From the NCBI GenBank assembly GCA_951406725.2, contig OX597839.1, positions 30,628,001 to 30,692,000 of the forward strand: a DNA stretch of 64,000 nucleotides, written 5' to 3'. Below, piece by piece: positions 54,658 through 64,000 of this stretch (the first letter of the stretch is position 1; every line of letters begins with the position of its first letter). Source of the stretch: Octopus vulgaris (taxonomy: Eukaryota). The notes beneath the pieces are model-generated. The model was given only the letters and a program-made list of their open reading frames with translations. It was not told the origin of the DNA and made no database searches. The translations under genes were made by a program, and so were the position numbers.

Positions 54658-55139
54658 TTAATAATAATAATAATAATGATGATAATAATGCTAATAATAA
54701 TAATAGTTATATAGTGTTTTTTCTTTCTTTCTTTAAACTATATACCATCCCCTCCCCCCAACACGACAGTAAGCTTACGCAATTCATTTTCTACCCCATT
54801 GCCACCCGATAATGCAAACAGAAACCACACAAGACGTACACTGCTCAGTCACCACCCGAGCAACAACAGCAATACGACTATATTTAGCAACGCGTTACAT
54901 TGAATAACTTGATCATGGTCGTTGCATTTATTATTATTATTATTATTATTGTTGTTGTTGTTGCTGTTGTTGTTTAGTTGAGTCTCCGAAATTCTGCAGA
55001 GACACGAAAGGAAGGTTCGATAATGAAGGCATTAATTAGCAATAATATAATCCGCAATAACGAAAAAAATATGCAACGGTCTTTATTTTGTCTAATATAT
55101 ATACATATATATATATATATGTGCGAGTGTGTGTGTATG

Positions 55140-55183
<44 letters not shown>

Positions 55184-55203
55184 CACACATATATATATGT
55201 GTG

Positions 55204-55303
<100 letters not shown>

Positions 55304-55327
55304 ATGAATGTGTATCTGTCTGTCTGT

Positions 55328-55626
55328 GCTGAGTGGTTAGGGTATTCGGCTAACGATCGTAAGGTCATGAGTTCGACTTTTGACAGCGTGTTGCGTCCTT
55401 GAGCAAGATACTTTATTTCACGTTGCTACGCTCCACTCATCGGGCAAAAAGGAATTGCACCTGTTGTTCAAAGGCCAGCCATAATCGCGCTGAGTCTCCC
55501 TGAGAAATGCGTTAAGGGTCCACGTGTCTGTGGAGTACTCAGCCACTTGCGCGTTAATTTCACAAGCAGGCTGTTCTGTTGACCGGATCATCTGGAACAA
55601 TCGTCTTTGGAATCGACGGAGTGCTA
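55328..55626 (+). mobile_element. SINE family C
   Basis: Collinear with 14240-14548. Confidence 0.85.
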
Positions 55627-55709
55627 GTTTCTACACCCCCCCACACACATCTTTCACCTTTTATTTTTTATTTGTTTGTCTATAGGCTGCGGTCATGCGA
55701 GGGCACCGA

Positions 55710-55761
<52 letters not shown>

Positions 55762-55767
55762 GGAGAT

Positions 55768-55804
<37 letters not shown>

Positions 55805-56455
55805 TGGCCAGCTTTCGCACAATTTTCCGCCTTCCAAATCCACTCACAAGGCACTAGGCGGCCCGGGGGCTATAGCACAAGACACTTGCCTAAGGTACCG
55901 TGCCGTGGGACTGAACACGAAACTTCTTAACCCCATAGTCATGCCTTCTCGATTTATTAAAATTATCTTCGCTCCCAAAGAGGGCAGGACAATAACTTGT
56001 TGGCGGTTGGGCTCAGGGACCTCCTGTCATCGCTAAGATATGACTGTTCCCATAAGCCAATCAGGTGTGAAAGTAGATGAGAAAGGGCGGCGCAGTGCCT
56101 CCTGGCGGAGCGACGATGTCACTGTTCTCCTTAGTCTCTCTTAACAACTGGTGATTCTACCTGAAGCATCAGCAACTGTTTTTTCCTGCAATTTCGTCTA
56201 ATCGATTGTCGTCGTTGGCCATCCGAAGGACTGTGAGCTTAATGAGTCCTAGCAAGGGGAAGCCCCTCGCATGTCTTACCACCGTTCTGCATAAGCTGAG
56301 TTGGGAACGGGTTGAGACTCTCCACTCCCACGATCATGTCTCACCCCCGCCAGCCCTCATTTAGACTTATTCCTGAGGTGAGAGGACCTTTTTGGCACGA
56401 AGACCAAATCTCTCTCCCTTCTCTCTTTCTCTCTCCCTTTCTCTCTTTCCCTCTG

Positions 56456-56523
<68 letters not shown>

Positions 56524-56879
56524 CCGTGCTGCCAAAACGTGGTGCAACTGGCAGCGCTCTCGAAACACCAGTTTATGTCACTTGCTCGCTGTCTGTCTGT
56601 CTGTCACTGCATCACTCCCTCTCTCTCTCTGTCTCTCTCACTTTATTTTCTGTCTGACTTTCCCTCTCTCTATCTCTCTCTATCTGCTTTCAAACAAGAC
56701 TATAATTTCAGTATAAAAACCCTGCTTGGACTTCGTAAACTGATGTTACAAAGCTAACAGCGCTCTTTCCATATAGATTCACTATAAAACTGCAGCATTC
56801 ACGTTAGCACAACCTCATGGAACCAGGAAGATTATTGAAAGACACATTTGTATCGTCGTCATTATGTATTATTACTTCG

Positions 56880-57100
56880 AAGGCGACGAGGAGCTGGCAG
56901 AACCGTTAGCGCGCCGGGCGAAATGCTTGGCGGTATTTCGCCTGTTTAAACGTTTTGAGTTCAAATTCCACCGAGGTCGACTTTGCCTTTCAACCTTTCG
57001 GGGTTCGATAAATTAAGTACCAGTTGAGTACTGGGGTCGATGTAATCGACTTGCCTCTTCCCCCAAAATTCCAGTCCTCGTGTCTATAATAGAAAGGATT
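56880..57100 (+). mobile_element. SINE family A (alternative tail)
   Basis: Family A head and core; tail CCTCTTCCCCCAAAATT...ATAGAAAGGATT. Confidence 0.88.
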
Positions 57101-57555
57101 ATGTATTAGATTCTTCTTCTTCTTCTTCTTCTTCTTCTTCTTCTTCTTCTTCTAAGGTGTAACTCTTTGTGGATTCTAATGTTAACATACAAGTGATGTT
57201 GACCCTGTTGCACGGATACAGTGTTGCACGACAGAAGCCGAAATTAAAAACTGTGGCATAACATAACATCTGTTATTCTCCTGCTGGACATCTCGATAAT
57301 CGGTTTCCCATGAATAAATCAATCAAACAAACCCAGAACAATGTTTGTGCCTATAATAACTGTACAATGGATAGCAAGGTCAGCTGAAATAATTGATTTC
57401 ATTGAAATGTGTCGTCCGCCCAGAGAAGCGCTTCGCATGGCCAACCTCGCCATTGACTGGGTCGACTCCAGTTTCTCATATGTGTCTCAATAGTAATTAC
57501 ATGAAAGGTTAAACTGATGTAACATCTGATCTGTGTGTTTTATATTAAGCACTGG

Positions 57556-57712
57556 TATGGGCGTGGCTGTGCGGTAAGAAGTTTGCTTCCCAACCACATG
57601 GCTCCTGGTTCAGTCCCACTGTATGGCACCTCGGGCGATTGTCTTCTACTATTGCCCCGAGCCGACTAAAGTCGCATGAATGGATTTGGTGGACGGAAAT
57701 TGAAAGAAACCC

Positions 57713-57769
<57 letters not shown>

Positions 57770-57975
57770 CTATCTATCTATCTATCTATGTGTGTGTTTG
57801 TGTTAGTCTTCCACCACCGCTTAACAATCGGTGTTGGTTTGTTTATGTGCCCGTAACTTAGCGGTTCGGCATAAGAGACTTAAAAAAAGTATTGGGGGTT
57901 GATTCGTTCGATTAAAAAATACCTCCAAGGTCGTGCCCCAGTATGGCCACAATCCAAAGACTGAAACAAGTGAAA
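57556..57975 (+). mobile_element. SINE family B with internal (CT)/(TA)/(TCTA) tract
   Basis: Head, microsatellite, tail in order. Confidence 0.88.
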
Positions 57976-58096
57976 GGAGGAAAAATTATTATTTATAATT
58001 GGAGCCATGAGAACAAACGTGACGGACTTTAGTTGGTTGTCCCATCTACAAGGGACACTACGAAAGCATCCTTTAAATCCTATTTTGTTGTCTTAA

Positions 58097-58990
58097 CCCT
58101 TTGAGCCCTGACTTCCTGAACCTTATTTGACCACCTGACCTGGCTTGCTGAACCTTATTTGACCTCCTGACCTGGCTTGCTGAACCTTATTTGACCTCCT
58201 GACCTGGCTTGCTGAACAAAATAAGCTAAAAATTGGGTTAGAATCAATTACAGTTCTCAAAACAAAGATACCAATGTCAATAACAATCTGACAACACAAG
58301 CAAAACGGAGATGCCCACCAGGTCCCTAGGGCCAATATTCCACCTTGGCATGTCAATCGGTCCAGCGTGTTGATCCTCTTTTCACGCAGAGAAGAACCTT
58401 GCATTCTTGGCAACAGACGGCTAATTTGACTGCTTTGATTGGATAATCCTTGTAAGGAACGCTGGGTTTTTCTGACTTCTTGGCACATACAACACACACT
58501 GTGTTTGTAGACCCATCTTCTGGAATATGTGGATGATGGCGGCCTACGTTTTGGAGATAAACCGAGACTTCGCGTTCACGAGCTCTGCGAACAGCTTTTG
58601 TGCGAAACTCACCAACAAGCCCCCACACTGTACTGATCCAGAAATTTGTGGAATGTAGAAAGCCCATTTCACGAAGAGCCTTCTTGGCCAGCGTTAATGG
58701 CGTCTTGTCTTGTAAAGTTTCGTCATTTGATCGTTCTACGAATTATATTGTTTCACCAAGGAAGGCATAGAAATTTGTATTTCAGATCCATCTTTGTTCC
58801 TCCTTGAAACAACTTGAACTTGGCTTGGATCATGGCAGCTGGAGATGAAATGGATGGGTTTGCGGTCCATTGGATAAGAATATATCGTTGTACGTTAGTG
58901 CAGATGCACCCTCCCCCTGGGTAGAGCGGTGTTACGGTATAGAGAAAAATAAGCCATCCACCGGTAAACCGGTGTTAGGGACTCAAAGGG
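58097..58990 (-). mobile_element. Internally deleted piggyBac transposon
   Basis: TTAA at 58093-58096 and 58991-58994; TIRs CCCTTTGAGCCCTGAC / GTTAGGGACTCAAAGGG; minus-strand ORF 58353-58667 has a piggyBac-type Cys-rich C-terminus (CVVC...CQECKVLLCV). Confidence 0.9.
58116..58217. repeat. Three tandem 32-bp subterminal repeats inside the piggyBac
   Basis: CTGAACCTTATTTGACCWCCTGACCTGGCTTG x3 plus partial. Confidence 0.95.
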
Positions 58991-59386
58991 TTAATAATGA
59001 AGGCTATAGTGTAGAATGGTGTCGTGGATCATGTTATAGTTGGGTTGTTCATGGTTGGAAAGCCTTCTATAAGAAGTTCACTGGTTCAAACCTTCTCTGG
59101 CGCTAAACAACCAACGTAGCATTATTTATTTTAGGAACCCTGCATCGATAAAAAATGATGACGGCCATTATTGAGATTGAACTGAGCATGGCTGGGTTAA
59201 GAAGTTTCCTTCACAACCACAGGATTCCAGTTTCGTTCTCACCCTGTAATACTTAAGGATGGATGTCTTCTCTCATCACGGGTTCTGCTTCATCAATGAC
59301 AAATATTTTGAATTTCATAGACATAAACAGTGTAGACGCCCCCTCTCTCTTTTTTCCTCCCTCTCACTCTCTCTGTATCATTATCA

Positions 59387-59435
<49 letters not shown>

Positions 59436-59448
59436 GAAGAAGAAGAAG

Positions 59449-59860
59449 AAGGCGGTGTGCTGGTAGAATCGTTAATGGTATTTCGTCTGTCTTTACGTTC
59501 TGTGTTCAAATTCCGCCGGGGTCAACTTTGTCTTTCATACTTTCGGGGTCGATAAAGTATCAGTCGAGGTCGATGTTATCGACTTGACCCCCACCCCGAA
59601 ATTGCTGACCTTGTACCAAAGTTTGAAATCATTATTATTATTATTATTATTATTAAAACGGCCAGCTGCCAGAGCAGTTAATATACCGGTCAAAATGCTT
59701 AGCAGCATTTCATCCGTTTTAACATTCCGAGCTCAAATTCCTCTGAGGTCAACTTTGCCTTCCATCTTTTCCGTATTTTGTACCAGTTATACACTGGGGG
59801 TCGATGTTATCGATTAGCTCCCTTCCCCACCAAATTTCATGCCGTCCCTAATGTAGAAAG
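59449..59860 (+). mobile_element. Two diverged SINE A copies separated by (ATT)n
   Basis: Family A blocks at 59449-59630 and 59660-59860. Confidence 0.75.
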
Positions 59861-59878
59861 GAGTATTGTTATTATTGC

Positions 59879-59971
59879 AAGGAAAATGTTGACACTGACT
59901 TTCAAATTTCGGTTCAGTTGCGACTGAAGCAACCGAGCCAAAACTTCGAAGTCACTATCAACATTTTCCTT
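59879..59971. repeat. Short hairpin repeat, copy 2
   Basis: AAGGAAAATGTTGACACTGACTTTCAAATTTCGG...CCAAAACTTCGAAGTCACTATCAACATTTTCCTT. Confidence 0.8.
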
Positions 59972-59979
59972 GTCAAAGT

Positions 59980-60010
<31 letters not shown>

Positions 60011-61349
60011 AGTCTTCGTCAATAGATGCAGTTATTTTGGCAGAAATGTCGGAAGTGCCTTGCGGTATTTCTTCCGTCTCCTTATCTTTTGTGCTCAAAT
60101 CCTACAGAGATTAGCATTAGTCCCACTGAGATTAATTCGCCCAGGGTCAAACTACTAATCTAGTTTAGGGGTCGATTTAAAACTGCTTCCCGTAAAACCG
60201 CAGGTTTTGTGCTAAATTAACCCCAATCGTTGATTAGGGTTCTGTCTGTGATGGAAAGATGAAAGGCACGATTTGAACTCAGTGTTTTGGGACTTAGAAA
60301 AGGAAGTGATATGAAATTATAGGAAGTTAACAAGTTAGTCATCCATATAATTTTACTCTCTCTCTTTCTCTCTCTCTGTTTCTCTCCGTTTTACACTCAT
60401 AGGGACATATGCATAGACATACGCGCACAGACACACACGTACGTACACAAGGACAAAGGTAACCACAGGCTTACGCACACAGGCGTACACACATACTCGT
60501 ATAAGGGCACACACACACACATACACACTCCTCTGCATTTACCCGCACTCTCTTATATATACACAGTCTTATTCTCTTACACATACACACCAGTCCCGCG
60601 CATGCGCAATAACTTCTGTAGACTTCCACTGTTTTGTCCGTTTCTCCATTTTTGATTTCTCATTTTAAATATGAGTGGAAGCAACCGATTTTTTACGCTT
60701 GTTGAATTGAAAATTAATTATTTACTAAACAATTGATGAAGCAAAATGACAATTATCGTAAAATTTACGTTACGAATCGGTAGAGCGTTGGACAAATACT
60801 TTCGGCGTTTATTCAAATTTGAGGTCGGGTTAGGGTTATATACACACCACTGGGAAAAGTTCTTTTGAAAGCTATGTCGGCCGATTGAATGATTGTAATT
60901 TGGTCGAACGTAATAAAACATGGGATTATAGTCAAGATCATTTGTTATTGTTTACAGGTTTTAAGATATAATTAGGAGGAATAAATTAACATAAGTTAAT
61001 TTATTTACTCTAATTACTATTCAGTCTCTTAATACAGAAACTTTTACGTCTCTTTCTATAGTCTTATCTCTCGATCTGTCTACAACTATCTGTCTGTCTG
61101 TCTGTTTGTCTATGTGTGTGTATGTGCGAGTGTGTGTATTTATACGTGTGTATGTATTTATGTGTGTCTGGGAATCGAAACCGCGAGTCCGCTGCCCTAA
61201 CCACTGGGCCATTGAATGGACGAAAGCGCTAATATATGATTTATAAAAACATGTAACATACTAATAAATATCTGTAAATATAAAACCATCCGAATTTCTG
61301 AATACCTCATTTCTTCTAATATATAATACCTGTACATCATCTCCAAACC

Positions 61350-61382
<33 letters not shown>

Positions 61383-62122
61383 CGTTTTATCTCTTCAAAT
61401 TAATTAAAGAAAACATCCACAGCAGGATGTCAACCCTCTGGAAGATCTTTTGAGTGCTAATTATATTGTCGCATTCTTGTTTTAGTTCGAGAGTTAATGG
61501 GAGCATCATGGCATGGTGGTTCCTTGAAATAGCCAAATCTACCTCAAACTACCGTTTAATTGAGTAGAAGGATACCTTGTGAAGTCTAAGTAAATTATGT
61601 CTAAAAACAAAAGAAGGGATGGTGGCGTAGTGGATGTCTTTTATCTTAGGTCGACTGGATCAGGGTTGACCTGAAGTTAAGCAACAAGAACTGGTCTTTG
61701 TCACTGGACCCGTCAGCTAAACTTGAACCCGTCCCACTCAGGTTTGGTTGATTATGTTCATCCCACCTCCAGTACTTATTCCAGTACTTATTCCAGTAAT
61801 TAAGAACTTCAGAAGGTAAGAAAAAAATGGAAGAGGTGGAGTTGAGGTGGGCGGGTTTTCAATTCAGAAAGTAGATGGGATGTTAGCGAACGTGACACAT
61901 ACTGTGTGTGTTCGATGCTCCACCTATTCTGCCAACCGACGGCCCGTGTCATCTTTTTGAAGGTGAGCCCTTTACACGGAAATTATGTTTCCTTTCATGA
62001 TGGAAGTAAATGACGTCACACATCAAAGAACAGACAACTTCATTTCCACATGCTTTACGGTTTTCTTTCATGTGCTCACCCTATACATACATATACACGC
62101 ATACGTGTGTGTATACGCATGC

Positions 62123-62176
<54 letters not shown>

Positions 62177-62189
62177 GTCTATACATGTA

Positions 62190-63005
62190 TTTGGCGGTGG
62201 GGATCGAGCTTCGCTGATGATTTACAAAGGTCGACGTAGAAGGTTTTGTGCACTTCTTCTGTCTTCCCTTTGTCTGTCACCGTAAACTTGTTTTTGTTCT
62301 TAAGCCGCTTCACCCCTGACCTATAGAGTGTCAGCCCTCTCCTGCATCTTTTTACACTTCTCCTTTCCTCTAAAGCCTGCATCAATTTCTTCAGTCTATA
62401 ATTCTCAAAGTCATTTCCTAGATGTTGTCTGATCGCTTTACAGAGAGCAGAATACCTGAGGTGATCTTGCATACTCGAACAAGTGCCATCTATTCTGGTT
62501 AGTGAAATTGAAAATGCTCTCAAACTGATGTAAGCAGACAAAGCTCATAGGAAAGATGGCATCACAACAGAGATGTGAAAATGCGGAGGTGAAGGGCTGC
62601 GAAGAACCCTCATTCTGCGCTTCAATCACTGACTGAAGGAGGGCAAAAAAACCAAAGAAAACACTCACGAAAGAAAGAGTCAATTACCCCTTTGCTTCAT
62701 AAGAAGGGTGATCAAGAAGATTTAAAATACTGTCATTCCATATGCCTCTTGTTTCACCTCCTCTATAAGCCGTTTACAAAGGCCATAGCCATGAGACTAT
62801 CAAAATACCTCGACGGCCAACAGCCAAGAGAGAAAGCAGATTTCCGTAGGAACCAGAGTACGGCAGAATACGCAGATTCACGAAGGAATGAATACAAACC
62901 TCCTCATAGAATGATGGAATGAATAGAAGCCTCCTCCTCTGTGTATCGCTTTTGTTGATTACGAAAAGTCTTCGATAGCGTCGAGGTAAATGCAGTGTTG
63001 AAATC
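62190..63005. mobile_element. RTE LINE remnant with inverted 5' part
   Basis: 62190-62473 encodes the EN-RT linker on the minus strand (YSALCKAIR...KTFYVDL). 62474-63005 encodes the following RT region on the plus strand (VPSILVSEIENAL...DGITTEM...LHKKGD...QPRE..FR...FVDYEK). Confidence 0.8.
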
Positions 63006-63009
63006 CTTG

Positions 63010-63323
63010 GAAATGCCAAAGATGCTGAAGCGCAACACATCAACGCCACCATCGGTTGCGTGCAAACGATGAACGTGTTTTCAAGGGAGATAATCAAAGA
63101 ACGTAGCATTGTAATACTTCATGTAAAGTAAATGAAAAATTCTTCAAGAATCCATAAAAATTCCCGGATCACTACCAACATTTTATCATCTGTTCCTTGT
63201 GTCATTATCAACTTTTCCTGCAGGTTTCATGAAATATCATTCACAACTTTTTGAGTCATTTTGCACACAGACGGACAAACCAACGCCGATGAACACATAA
63301 CCTCCTCCCTTGGCGGAGGTAAT
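63010..63323 (+). mobile_element. Helentron/HINE-like non-autonomous element (5' boundary uncertain)
   Basis: ACAGACGGACAAAC short repeat followed by ACATAACCTCC...TTGGCGGAGGTAAT terminal hairpin, the layout of HINE/DINE-type ends. Confidence 0.55.
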
Positions 63324-63643
63324 TACACTCTTGAAATTATATGTCATAAGGAATATTCGCTGACATCTTATCGATACGGCCTGTAATTTCCCTGCATTAT
63401 TGAATCACTGTGAGTTAAATTATAGATTTTTAAAAACTGCTTTAGAATCCTGTCCGTTCCTGCTACACACGTTTCAAAATGACTTGAAGTAATTGATTAC
63501 TGTCGACTCCTGTAGATTGTGCTTCTCAACAGACTGCTTTGTTGAAAAATGCAGGCAGTGGGAAGGAGCCAAGCAATATTTGAGAAAAAATATTCAACAA
63601 ATTTGTGTATCGTTTAAAACTATTAAGAATTATATATATATAA

Positions 63644-63700
<57 letters not shown>

Positions 63701-63849
63701 CATACATATATATATATATAATTCTGCCTAAATAATGGAACTACAGATACAATATCCCTGCCTATCTCACGTCTATTTTCATTCCTCCGCTTCACTCTCT
63801 ATTTCATATCGTATCTAGAATAACTATTGATTAACCATTTTCTCACACC

Positions 63850-63898
63850 GTCTCCAATGAAGGGATATATAAAATATCCCGGAAACAGCTGTAAGACC
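63850..63898 (+). ncRNA. Type I hammerhead-like motif with mutated core
   Basis: GTCT-CCAATGA-A-GGGATAT-ATAAA-ATATCCC-G-GAAA-CAGCTG-TA-AGAC. All three stems and the GTA triplet are present; CTGATGA reads CCAATGA. Confidence 0.6.
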
Positions 63899-64000
63899 TT
63901 CTATTTATAAATGTTCTAAAATCTTTTAAGGCCTTGGATTTTTATCTCATTCTGTTAATTTTTTTGTATATACACATGCTGATATATGACCTACGTTGGA

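Noticed and set aside
56084-56125. HDV-like ribozyme (GCCTCCTGGCGG)
   Set aside because: P1 has multiple mismatches and there is no P1.1 GG or J4/2 segment.
58116-58217. CRISPR-like 32-bp repeats
   Set aside because: Directly tandem with no spacers, inside a piggyBac, in eukaryotic DNA.

Overview
AT-rich, gene-poor eukaryotic genomic DNA. The repeat content (three tRNA-derived SINE families, dense (TA)n/(CA)n/(GA)n/(AAT)n microsatellites, RTE, CR1-like and R4/Dong LINE fragments) resembles an octopus/cephalopod genome; this is an inference from repeat content only. No intact protein-coding gene is supported, and almost all long ORFs in the track are microsatellite translations or decayed transposons. 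One candidate small spliced gene lies at about 52.8-53.9 kb. Other elements: two Helitron 3' ends (one apparently complete non-autonomous element), a Helentron/HINE-like end, an internally deleted piggyBac with TTAA target duplication, Tc1/mariner remnants, MITE-like hairpins and several long fold-back palindromes. The most notable signal is eight minimal type I hammerhead-ribozyme-like motifs (CUGANGA...GAAA) of the kind known from Penelope-like elements. One looks intact inside an inverted pair, one sits at the end of a tRNA-headed SINE-like unit, and two copies of one family share an altered core (CUGUYGA). All calls were made by eye; no searches or folding programs were run.
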